Source: Octopus sinensis (Eukaryota). Taken from it: a DNA stretch of 64,000 nucleotides. The position numbers and the translations under genes were made by a program. The stretch lies in NCBI RefSeq assembly GCF_006345805.1, contig NC_043005.1, forward strand, positions 19,344,001 to 19,408,000, read 5' to 3'. Position 1 is the first letter of the stretch. Each line of letters starts with the position of its first letter. A model generated the notes under the pieces. It ran no database searches. It saw nothing but the letters and a program-made list of their open reading frames with translations, and was not told the origin of the DNA. Of this stretch, positions 23,180 to 35,250 are shown one piece after another.

Positions 23180-26095
23180 AAAAAAAAAAAAGCAAGAAAA
23201 TATCTAACCTGAATAAAAGACTATAAAGTGGTAAAGAGGTTCCTAAAATAATACGCCCTTGAAAAAAATTATGTAGAGCAATACGCTGTAACAATATGGA
23301 AAACGATAAGATACCCACAAACGAAGTTCTTTGAGACCCTATTTTTGAAAAGGAAGTTAAGTATAGGAACAAAGAAAATACATGAATACAACAAAACAAA
23401 AAGCATTACAGGAACAAATAATTTGATCAAAGCAGCAAGTATTGTAGCAGAAAATGTGGGTGTTAATGTTAAGAAAAAGAAATATAATGGGGGTGACAAA
23501 AGAAAAGATCCATGGTCGAAAAGAATACAGGTGGGGTTAAATATGCTCTCGAAGGACATTTCTGTGTTAAGCCGAAAAGAAAAGGGAGAGCTTAAATGCG
23601 AAAAAAAATACAGGGTACTGAACAGGAAGTATAATATTGAAAGAAAGGGCCTGAAAGTGGTAATGAAGGAACTGAGACAGAGCCTAGTTGCAAAGAAAGC
23701 AAAGATGGTAAGATAACCAGAATAGGTTATTCAGAGTAGATCAGAAGAGATTCTATTAAGAAATAAATGGAGAGCGTGCAGATAACATTGAAAGTCAAAG
23801 GTTTTGGAGTGACATCGGGAGCAAAGACAAGGAGCACATGAAGGATACTGAATGTTTGCAAGAACTGGAAGAGACAGGAGTCTGTTCAAAACAGGCAGAA
23901 CTAGTCATTTCAGTTAGGAAAGTAAAGAAAATCAGCAAAAAATAGGCATCTGGAAGACCAGATAGAGATCAAGGCTACTGGATCAAAAGATTTAGTGAAT
24001 GTCATGCACGAATAGTTGCACAACTCAACCCCTTGTTAAATGCCGACCAGGTAACATCAGAGTGGTTGACATTGGGTGGGACAGTGCTGTGCTTGAAAAA
24101 CACCGAAAAAGGCAATGCCGTTCCCAATTACAGGCCGATATCCTGCTTGCCACTTATGTGGAAATTATTGACTGGAATAGTCATAGAGTCAATGTACGGA
24201 CTTCTGGAAAAAATGGAGTCCTACCAGATGAGCAGAAGTGTTGCAGGCGTAAGTGCAGAGGTACCAAGGATAAATTACTGGTATACAAAACTGTACTTAG
24301 AGACTGCAAGTGGAGGAAAACTAACTTAGCAATGTCATGGATCGATTATCGTAAGGCGTACGATATGATCCCCAAATCTTGGATTATGGAATGTATGAAC
24401 CTATTTGGTATTGCATCGAATGTTGAGCGATTTCTTGGAAAAAGTATGGCGAAGTAGAAGACGGAACTGACAGCATATGAAAGAAGTTCAGGGACAATAG
24501 AAATGAGGAGAGGCTTCTTGCAATGAGACTCCCTGTCCCCACTGATCTTTGTACTATGCACGATACCACTAACACTGATTCTGCGGAAAGCAAAGGCTGA
24601 GTATGTATTCAAGAACCGCCAACAAAAAGTCAATCACTTGTTATTCATGGATGACCTCAAACTTTATGGTAAAGATAAATTCCAAGTCAGTTCCCTCCTT
24701 GATACAGTGTATACTTTCAGTGCTGATATCAGAATGGAGTTCGAACTCAAAAAGTGTGGTGTGCTAGTATTGAACAGAGGCAAAATCAAATGTATGGACG
24801 GGCTAGCAATACTGTCGGGGGGAGGTTATGAATCAGATAGAAGAGACGGGCTATAAGTACTTGGGGATATTGGAAATGGATAAATTGATGGAGAAAGAAA
24901 AAACAGAAAAATTTCAGGTGGAGTACTTGCGCAGACTGAGACTGATTCTTAAGTCGAAATTTAATGGACAGAATAAGCTATCAGCACCTGGGTGGTTTCA
25001 CTCCCTAGATATGGAGCAGGGGTAATTACATGGTCAGTAGACGAACTAAAACAGCTTAGTCAGAAAGACAAGGAAGTTGCTAACTAGATATGGGACACTC
25101 CACCCCAAACGTGACACAGACAGACTGTATGTACCAAGAAAAAGAGGGGAAAGAGGACTGACTGGATGCGTTAGAGCAGAAGAAAACAACATAGCATGGT
25201 AAAAAAAATGCCACAGAAGTAAGGTCAGGCTTGTATATGATGGAAGATTGCAAAGATAAAGCACTGTAAAAGCACTTGAGAATGAATGAAACTGAAAATA
25301 AGTAGACAAAGAAAATAATGCATGGACAATTTCATAGAGATGTTGAAGATAAGACATACAGAGAAAAAAGCTGGTTATGGATGACTAAATGTGATTTAAA
25401 ACTGGAAACGTAGACTCTAATCTGTGCTGCCCAAGAGCCAACACTAAGAACGAATTACATTAAATACAGAACAGACAACACATCAGAAAGTGATATCTGC
25501 GGAATTTGTGAACAAAATAGTGAAACTGTATGGTATGTTACCAGTCAATGTACGCCACAAGCCAAGAAAGAATATAAGAGACATCATGACAGTATAGCAA
25601 GGGTTGTCTATTGGATACTTTGCAACAAGTATAGACTTGACAGAGAAGAAAAGTGGTACGAACATAAACTCAAAAGCATCATCGAAAATGATAATGCAAA
25701 GATCCTGTGGGATTTTATGATTCAGTGCGACCATGACATAGAAAATAGAGCAAATGATGCTGGATCATAGATATAGCATGCCCAGCTGGCAACAAGGTAT
25801 GTGATAAGGAAGAAAGAAAAGTTGAGAGATATGTCAGGTTGGCTTGGGAAGTTAAGCAGTTGTGGTCGATGAAAAAGGTAGCAGTAGTACCAATAATTGT
25901 CGGAGCCCTGGGAACAGGGAGCAAAAATCTCGAGAACTACATGGAACAAATAGGGGATGCAATAAGGGTGGAACACTAGCAGAAAACATCAATGCTTGGA
26001 ACCGCACGAATACTCCGGAAGGTGCTCGAAAAATAAGAGATGTTAGTGAATAGCTGACACCGTAGTACATCTCCAGCGTTAGAAGCTGTGCAAAT
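23180..26095 (+). mobile_element. 5'-truncated, disrupted R4/Dong-like non-LTR retrotransposon (RT, CCHC knuckle, restriction-like endonuclease)
   Basis: TNNLIKAASIVAENVG; [16 protein letters not shown]; [12 protein letters not shown]; LFMDDLKLY; CGICEQNSETV; terminal LGTARILRKVL; (CAA)n/(TAA)n tail; many stops and frameshifts. Confidence 0.92.
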
Positions 26096-26159
26096 ACAAC
26101 AACAACAACAACAAAAACAAAAACAACAACAACAACAATAATAATAATAATAATTTGTT

Positions 26160-26640
26160 CTTTATTAATCACAGGGATTCATACGTACAATGAACCTTAG
26201 TAAAATTAGGGATGTTGCCCTATCATAAGAGACTGAAGAGGGGTCCTTGGTCTTCTGGCTGGTTATTGGAACTGAAAACCCCTCACGGATTTAGGACTGT
26301 TGTTTCGGATTTTTTAAAATTTAGTTTTCCCAACTCTTCTAGGCAGAAAGATTGAAATGTTTTCTCTTTTCTGCTATATATGTTGGGATTCCTGTTTGGA
26401 TATACCGGTCCAAATGTATTCCTTTTTCTGTCCATTGCAGAGCACAACTCCGGTATCGTTTTGTGTTCTTTGTGGGTCATGAGGACTTATACTTCTATAG
26501 ATATCCCACCCGATCACATACTGAGCTTGATGTTGATCGCATGCCATTTATTACAAGGGACTGCCTCTGTCTTTGGGTGCTACAACGAAAATCTCTGAGG
26601 CTTTGACAATACACATGTTGGTTATCACCCCCCCTTTATC
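26160..26640 (-). mobile_element. Possible L1/Tx1-like 3' fragment, tail-to-tail with the R4-like element
   Basis: Weak EYIWTG motif, then aataaa running into the shared microsatellite. Confidence 0.25.
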
Positions 26641-27197
26641 GCTTGTGTGAAAGCTACGGATACAAAAGCTCTTGTTTTGTCACATAAGGCTGCCATATGG
26701 TCGGTTCTTGTCTAAATGTTGCATATCTGGAACTTGAGTGTTTAAAGTTATGTGTTACACAAATGACAAAGCATACTCAACTAAAATTTCCATAGTTATT
26801 TTTATTTGGCGAACTTCTAAGTACATATGTGAATTTTTTTGTTCTATTTCTTGTTGTAGGTGTTTCTACAGTAACTGCAAGATAGATAGAGATGTTCATA
26901 CTGGTAGTGACGACAGAAGAGTCATTATTTCTTTCCCTTTAACTAATATTTTGTAACTAGTGGCAGGCGACTACGTTACTGTTTCACAAGAGAACATCTG
27001 CCTGTGTCATTTCTTTCAAATTAAGTGCATATTCAAATTCTTTATGCTACTTTCTTGCGTTATTTTAGCTCAAGATAATTGGCCGCTTATGTAACCGAAC
27101 AAGCTTCCTTCTATAAAGAAACACTATATATAGCATGCACTAATGAGCTATTCAACCCCATTGCGTGTTACCTCGGGTAAGTGTTTTCTAATATAGT

Positions 27198-27585
27198 GGA
27201 TGGAAGCACTCCGTCTGTTACGACGATGAGGGTTCCGGTTGATCCGAATCAATGGAACAGCCTGCTCGTGAAATTAACGTGTAAGTGGCTGAACACTCCA
27301 CAGACACGTGCACCCTTAACGTAGTTCTCGGGGATATTCAGCGTGACACAGAGAGTGACAAGGCCGGCCCCTTGAAATACAGGTACAACAGAAACAGGAA
27401 GTAAGAGTGAGAGAAAGTTGTGGTGAAAGAGTACAGCAGGGATCACCACCATCCCCTGCCGGAGCCTCGTGGAGCTTTAGATGTTTTCGCTCAATAAACA
27501 CTCACAACGCCCGGTCTGTGAATCGAAACCGCGATCCTATGACCGCGAGTCCGCTGCCCTAACCACTGGGCCATTGCGCCTCCAC
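27198..27585 (-). mobile_element. SINE family C, full length
   Basis: 11-bp TSD tctaatatagt at 27187-27197 and 27586-27596. Confidence 0.93.
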
Positions 27586-27702
27586 TCTAATATAGTATCA
27601 TAGTTAGTAAAATTTGATCGCTAGGGATTCAATAAAATTTTAAATTTGCAGAACTTAGGTTCTAATTTTCTTTCCTAGAGTTTATACCTCTTTAGTTTAC
27701 AG

Positions 27703-28393
27703 CAGTGGTTCCCAAATGTTTTCGGGCTGCCTCCCCCTCGACATCCAGGCCACTTTCCTAACACACCTCACCCCAACTAACCGTCACAAACATATACTTT
27801 TTTCTGAAGCAAATTCAAAGCAACTGTATTTCACAAACAAAACTTAACCTAACCCATTATTTTGTTATTACATGAATCACTAGTGGAGGCGCAATGGCCA
27901 AGTGGTTAGGGCAGCGGACTCGCGGTCATAGGATCGCGGTTTCGATTCCCAGACCGGGCGTTGTGAGTGTTTATTGAGCGAAAACGCCTAAAAAAGCTCC
28001 ACGAGGCTCCGGCAGGGGATGGTGGTGATCCCTGCTGTACTCTTTCACCACAACTTTCTCTCATTCTTACTTCCTGTTTCTGTTGTACCTGTATTTCAAG
28101 GGGCCGGCCTTGTCACTCTCTGTGTCACGCTGAATATCCCCGAGAACTACGTTAAGGGTGCACGTGTCTGTGGAGTGCTCAGCCACTTACACGTTAATTT
28201 CACGAGCAGGCTGTTCCGTTGATTCGGATCAACCGGAACCCTCATCGTCGTAACCGACGGAGTACTTCCACGTGAATCACTACCCCATTAACGCCCCACT
28301 TTTTACATGAATCGCTACGCCATTATCGCCCCACTTTTCTTCGCACTTTTCACCGCCCCCAGGGGGCAATACCGACCATTTTTTGAACCACTG
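27703..28393. mobile_element. hAT (Charlie-like) MITE interrupted by a SINE
   Basis: TIRs cagtggttcccaaa and tttgaaccactg; perfect 8-bp TSD gtttacag at 27695-27702 and 28394-28401. Confidence 0.88.
27883..28270 (+). mobile_element. SINE family C nested in the MITE
   Basis: TSD tgaatcacta at 27873-27882 and 28273-28282. Confidence 0.93.
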
Positions 28394-28937
28394 GTTTACA
28401 GTCTGCTAGCTCCATCGGTGATAGTTGATGTGATGGTAATGTACTCCAACGAATTTGCGACTTCAGTTGTCATTGAAAACGTCAGTAGTTTTGATGAGGT
28501 CGTCCCAAGATTCCATTGAGACCAACTCGACTAGTTCGGCTTCGACGTCAGTTCTCTCAACACGCCAGTAACCACTAATTTACTGTTTCCATCTAATCGT
28601 ACCCAAATCTCATCAACTGTCCATCATCGTATACAACAACTATTTTAATTACCTCAACCAAACCGATAAGCAGGTTTACTCTTGGGATCCAGTCTGTTGG
28701 ATCTACCGATATTACTTATATCTACCAAATGAAAATCAGAGATTTCAACACTTACCGCTACTATGCTTCTTTCATAAGAGTGCGATATATACATTTTCAC
28801 ATCTTTCCGGGAAGACGCTATCTCAATTCTGAACGTTTGAGAGTATGGGCGACCACACAGGAGTCAGTACCGAACACCACAACGTCATCGCATCTCTCCC
28901 GCTCCTTCGTATCCAACAAAAAATCAGAGAGAAAACA

Positions 28938-29015
<78 letters not shown>

Positions 29016-29706
29016 ACAGAGAGAGAGAGAGAGAGGGTGTGTTAGAGAGAGACAGACAGACAAACGGACACACGGATAGAGAAAAATGACTTAAAGATGA
29101 TTTTAAAACCATATTTAACAATAAAACTGTCCACAGGGACCAATTCCTCCACTATAGATTAGCCCTCTCTACTAATGCTAAGGTAATATCCTGCAGAAAT
29201 GCAGTGAAACAGAACAGGTTGTCCACATCACACAATTCTGTAAGTTACCGAAAAATCGATAGCCAGCATCCATTACCAGTCACTTTCAGAGTCCAAAGCG
29301 CCTCCGCCACGTGCAATGGATGGTTTCTTCCAATATCTGCTTGCTGAAGTTATCACACTTCAGCGAAGAAACAACCGCCACTATTTGTGCCACCCGTATG
29401 AGGGACTTAGTAAATATACCTGCCCCACTCAGCTCCTGCTTAAGGGAAATATTTCTAAACGAAATTTCCCCGACGAAATTTCCCCAACAGCACCATCCAC
29501 AAAAAAAGTGTACTGTGTACCTGTGTAATTTTGTCGTTTATCGCATCCAGTACAACAAATGCACGAACGATTCGACCACAACGTGGCCGAATCAAAGAGC
29601 ATCCGAACACATGCGCGTCAGTTTCTGAAAAAGAAAACATCTCTAAAAACACAGAACAATGAGCAAGAACATTAATGTAACTATTGGAGCTACAGATCAC
29701 AATATT

Positions 29707-29933
29707 TATTTCTCTATTACCCACAAGGGGCTAAACATATAGGGGACAAACTAGGACAGACAAACGGATTAAGTCGATTACATCGACCCCAGTGCGAAAC
29801 TGGTACTTTATTTATCGACCCCGGAAGGATGAAAGGCAAAGTCGACCTCGGCGGAATTTGAACTCAGAACGTAACGACAGACGAAATACCACAAAGCATT
29901 TCGCCCGGCGTGCTAACGTTTCTGCCAGCTCGC
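29707..29933 (-). mobile_element. SINE family B monomer, long type
   Basis: Full head-to-tail copy; TSD ctacagatcacaatatt at 29690-29706 and 29934-29950. Confidence 0.93.
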
Positions 29934-29954
29934 CTACAGATCACAATATTGACC

Positions 29955-30355
29955 ATTGACAAGTCCCTTAACCCTCTTGGTGGATGTTGGAGCGCTGCAG
30001 CCATGCAACGTATCCTGGATGAGAAAGCTTGGTGGAGTCCTTCTCTCTCCACGCTAAACTCATTTCTGCAGCTGAGCAAACTGGAGAAACGTGAAATGAA
30101 ATGTTTTGCTCAGGAACACAACGGATCTCCCGGTCCAGGGATCGGAACCATAATGTTACGGTTGTGAATCCAATACCTTAACCACTAAGCGACGCACCTC
30201 CACTTGTGGAACTCATTTCTACAACTGAGTAGACAGGAGTAACGTGTAATGAAGTGCTTTACTCAAAAGTACAACGCATCGCCTGGTCCATGAATCGAAA
30301 CCACAATCTCACGAAAGTGAGTCCAACACCCCAACCACTAAGCCACGTGCCTCCA
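29955..30355 (-). mobile_element. Two adjacent family D SINE copies
   Basis: Two heads, ccactaagcgacgcacctccac (ends 30203) and ccactaagccacgtgcctcca (ends ~30355), each followed by a caaaacatttcatttcacg-like body. Confidence 0.7.
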
Positions 30356-31199
30356 ATCACAATATTGGTAACCTTCAGATAAAAGTTAATATTCCAATAA
30401 TGATAAAATAAACCAGAAATTAAAAACCGACTCAAATGAGTGCCAAAGGATACTGTAAATACTTAACCCACTTCATCCTCGTTCTTATGTCACCTATCAT
30501 TTTACTTGGACTGTTGAGTACAAATCACAACCCTTTTAAACGTGATGACTTCGTTATCACACAAAATGATCCGACAAACCAACAAAATAAAACATGTAAT
30601 TTATCTCTTACACTCGAAATATCAGGGGTAATTAATACTTCTAAAGTAACAATTAAATATCTTTGTTATTGTTAAGCATTAATTAATGTTCCATTCGTAT
30701 TTCTATAGCCTTCGATAACATCGATTTTCTATATAAAGATACATTCTAATAAAACTGCTTAACATTACAGAGTGTAAAAATTGAAATGTCAATAGCGTAA
30801 TGTACTTTAGGTAGAAATGGAGTTAAAGATGATAAATTGTGATCGTGAGTTCGCAGAGATATAATGCTCTTCGACTCCTACACATTGAAATCTAAGGTAA
30901 ACAAGAGAGGAAAGTCTAAGTCAAAGGGAGATGAGTAATCAACATGGTTTGTAAAGTTCTTATTTGTAATAAGGTTGGGAATACGTGACTTTAAAAAATG
31001 TATTGAATTTTAGTTGTTTACTTAATAAATCTAATTCCGGATAATGAGTTCCCTTAGGACACCAAGACATCGATAATATTACCGAAGATCAATTTCTATT
31101 GACAAGTCAATGTACGAATGACGTTATCAAGGGAATCTCGTATAACAGAGAGTTTGACTTTCTTGCGCTATGGGAGTACCCTTTAGCGCCGTCTCTATC

Positions 31200-31620
31200 T
31201 CTGTTGTTACTAATGAGAATTTTATCCTTTCTTCTTTTTCTTTTCTCATCCAGAGCTGAAATCTTGTGTTTTCTTATCAACTTCTTTGGTTGTTTTCTGT
31301 AACACCCGTTTCGCTTGTCCTCTGAACTGTACGATGAAAGTCACTCACTTTGAATCCTTCAATATCGTACAATGCCTTCACGTTGTACAACAGAATTTTC
31401 TAAGCATCGGTTACAGTTGTATGCTTCAGTATCTTCCATGATCCTGCTTCAAAGATTACTGCACACTTACAATCGAGGCTCTAGAAGCTGATGAAATTTC
31501 TTTGTAGTCTTGTCTTGCCTAAGATTGCCCTCCTTTGTCGCCACGAGACCTCCGTTCATATATCTTCGCTGCTTACAATTATATCTCGATCTGTTGATAA
31601 GACTGTGTAGGTAACATGGT
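31200..31620 (-). mobile_element. Possible RTE LINE 3' fragment
   Basis: Weak match (AVIFEAGSW..KIL) to RTE post-RT motifs. Confidence 0.3.
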
Positions 31621-32699
31621 GGTGTCAGGAATATATACCTAATTTTACCAAAACAAATGTGCTGTGTGCGTATGTGTATGTGCGTGTATTTATATGTATA
31701 TGTATGCATGTGTATCATATGAACTTCTGTCAATTTGATCGACTAAATTATGATTGTTTACATAGAGTTTAAGACACCTTTTTACTCTGCAGCAGTTTCA
31801 ATGTGTTTTGGTAAACAACATTTTCTCCTTTGTGCCTTCAAGTCAATGCACAATCCTGGGTAACTTCTCTGGCAACCATATAGTGCTTATCAAGGAAATA
31901 TTGATGGAGAATACAAAGCTGGCTTCCTGTTACCTCATTTACCATGAGTTTTACAATACACCATGTTGGCTATAACCATTATATGAGAAATTAACGATAA
32001 AAGAGTGGAGGAGACAATATGGAAAAATCAACTCCAGTATTTTCAAGTACTTCATCTGTTCCCTTTTGTGGGATTTGAAACCTCAGAGAGCCAAAAAAAT
32101 ATTGCAAGGTATTCTGTCCGGCGCTTTAACAATTCTGGCAATACGCCAATTTTTATTTTAAGAAATGCACTTTTGTAAATTGAAATCATTTCACTCCATA
32201 ATGATGTTTGATTTACCAAAGTATCACTTCATCAATTCAAACAAAGACAAATGCAGTTATTTATTTTTAATGTTTCTTAAAGTGTGAAAACAAAAATGGT
32301 GATGTGTAAGTTCAGAGCATTAACTGCTGCTGGCATTCAATAACTATTTAGTTGTTCTCGTAAGAGTAAAAAGTATTTGGCAGAGGTGAGACGATCACAC
32401 AGAACCTGATTAGGAAGTAGATTTATACATTCTAACTTTGAATTGTTTAGCGCCATGTTTGATCTTATCAATGTTTATGACGAAAGCGTTCCAGCTATCA
32501 GTCATCATATCTCACTTTCAGAGAATATATACAGTATTACATTATCTAATATAGCTTTCCTCTTCTAATATTACAAAGTTTGCTTCGAGAGGAATTTGGT
32601 TTCCGTTTATAGCAGATAACGTGACCGTGTAGATATTCCCTCATTAAATACAGTTCAAAATTTCACAGTGTGAAATAATGATTTACTTAATTTGCACAG

Positions 32700-32870
32700 G
32701 CCGTAAATTTCTTCTGTAAAGGTGTTTATATAATTGAAGTATACATTGGAGGAGGGATGACCGAGGAGATAAGAGGTTCGCATCGCAATTATGAGGTCAA
32801 TGTTCGATTCCACAGAAAGGTATCTTGGCCAAGAGCGTTTCATCAGACTTTCAACTCGATCCAAGTCATG
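32700..32870 (+). mobile_element. RTE RT-domain fragment
   Basis: FI*LKYT..GGMTEEIR / VRIAIMRSMF across a frameshift, resembling FIYLGS..GG..EEIR.RIAMARS.F. Confidence 0.45.
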
Positions 32871-33079
32871 TGAGTGAAATAGAGAAATTTCCCTGACGGA
32901 AACTGCGTGATAATTATATCGAGTAGATTATACCGGTAACACTGGTCAACAAAATTAAATGTATTATACATATTATGAATGCAAACCAACTTTTTTTAGA
33001 CTAATTTTTCATGTAGATTTCCAGATTTCACTCCATTTGTATGCAGCACGTATCAGTTATTCAGTAGATACATACAAAT

Positions 33080-33244
33080 ATAGGCGTAGTAGTGGTTGTG
33101 TGGTAAGTAGCTTGCTTGAGAGCCACATGGTTTCGGGTTCAGTCCTACTGCGTGACATCTTGGGCAAGTGTCTTCTACTATAGCCTCGGGCCGACCAAAG
33201 CCTTATGACTGGATTTGGGAGACGGAAACTGAAAGAAGCCCATC

Positions 33245-33304
<60 letters not shown>

Positions 33305-33530
33305 GTATGTGTGTGTATGTTTGTGTGTCGGTGTTTGTCCCCCTAACATCGCTTGACAACCGATGCTGGTGTGTTTACGTCCCCGTAACTTAGCAGCTCA
33401 GCAAAAGAGACCGATAGAATAAATACTAGGCTTACAAAGACTAAGTCATGGGGTCGATTTGCTCGACTAAAGGCGGTCCTCCAGCATGGCCACAGTCACA
33501 TGACTGAAACAAGTAAAAGAGAGCAAAAGA
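33080..33530 (+). mobile_element. SINE family A nested in the Chapaev element
   Basis: Full head, CORE-like block, (TA)n and tail. Confidence 0.88.
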
Positions 33531-33694
33531 GTAAATATTTACATATTTGTATATATGAAATCATTAACGTAATATATAAGGACATATTATTTTTAGAAAG
33601 CAAATGAGTTTATTGAGTTAAAAATCATCACTATCATTCTACATAGAGTGAACACACAAAATGGGTCACACAAAACAAAGTTAGAACTACAGAG

Positions 33695-35250
33695 TTAGAA
33701 ACATTGTGATTTGGATTTCCTGCGATGTTCCTGATCTGGTTGATCACGGTAAAGTGTCCGGCGTACTGTCGTTCCAGAATCTTTGGTACCGTTTCTCGAT
33801 AGCACTAATGTCCTGGTGAAATCTGACACTGCTCCAAGGTTATCTGCGAAGAAATCCAGATAAGAGTCCAAGAAGTGAACTTTCAGTAACATGCAACAAC
33901 CCATTGTTGAGTAACATTTCAGAAGCTTCTTGATGTCATCCTTGTAGTCCATTGCCTTCTTGTTTCCCAAGAAATTCTCACAGATCCAATTGAAAGCATT
34001 CCAGGCAGGCAGTTCCAGTACATTCACTGTTTTCTAGAAGTTGACATCTTTGAGTACTTCTCTAATTTGGGGGTTCGACAAAGATATCCTCTTTCAACTT
34101 CGCCTATATGATTTGGCGAAACTTTTCTACAATATACTCAAGCCCTCTGGCATTTCTCTTCCCAAGTGTCTTTACAAATTGTTTCATCAGTAGAAGCTTT
34201 ATATGCAAAGGAGGCAATAGGCCATTACATGGATCTACAAGAGGTGTATTCTTAACGCTAGACAGCCCTGGCTGTGCCTGCCAGTTCGATTTCGAATAAT
34301 GTCTGTCAGTTACCCGACTATCCCATTGACACAAGAAACAAGAGTGTTTTGTGGAACCTGACTGCATTCCCATATATATTGCAATGACTTATAAATCTCC
34401 ATATATTTTCCATGAGTGTCTGTCATAGGCAATGGCATGAGGTAAAGTTCCATATTCTCATGAAGATGAACGGAGTGTGAAATAGGTATGGAGGGCTTCA
34501 AATTATTATTATGGAGAAGTACAGCTTTTAAACTTCATTTTGAAGAGTCAATGAACAAACGCCACTCTGCAGGATCATGATTTTGTGATAAACATTCGAA
34601 AAGTCCATCGATGTCACGGCAAAACAAAGCGGGCCTTCAAAAGAAAAATGCGTTTGTAGAACCCTGCCAAAAATAAGTTATACGAGCACTGTGCTCTAGC
34701 AGATAGTTCTCCTTCAGTCTTGATTCCAACGGTTCTGCTTTATCTTTTGACAGGGATAGGTCTCTGACAAGGTCATTCAGTTCAGCTTGAGAAAACTTCA
34801 CATGTTCAAAACTATCGTCATCAGCTACGTAATCTTCCTCAGTAGCACTATCGAGACAGTCAGCATCATCATCTGATGTTTCAATACCATCATCTGGTGG
34901 AACTGGAATTGGCAGACTTCCATTGTGACATCTCATTGCAGAAACCCAATTAAGATACACAATTTTGTGTTTATTCCTCATAGAAAATCCTGTGGCATTT
35001 ACTTTGCAAAAATAACAGTCATTAACATGGTCTTTTGGCTCCCTCCATATCATTGGAATGGCAAAATGCATGGACTTCTTATTGAACCAGTCACGTAAGC
35101 CATTTGAGCAAGCTGAGCAGATAAAATGTGGTGCCCATAAATTGTCCTGATCTCCAAGAGGATAGTCAAAGTATAGCTTATAAATCTTCTTGTTATTGTA
35201 CGTTTTTGAGCTTTGACAATAAATTGTCCACAGACATAACAATACACATC
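33695..35250 (-). pseudogene. Chapaev3-type transposase, disrupted
   Basis: RPDVYCYVCGQF; LGDQDNLWAPHFICSAC; WREPKDHVNDCYFC; WKIYGDL*V; CFLCQWDSR; LLPPLHIKL; LKVHFLDSYLDFF..NLGAVSD; several frameshifts. Confidence 0.88.

Noticed and set aside
29130-29640. Overlapping ORFs and a KC..E.V.H..C motif
   Set aside because: Too weak to assign to a LINE zinc knuckle or an exon.
32700-32869. Open 170-nt frame between tttgcacag and gtgagt
   Set aside because: Better explained as an RTE RT fragment; exonisation cannot be excluded without RNA data.
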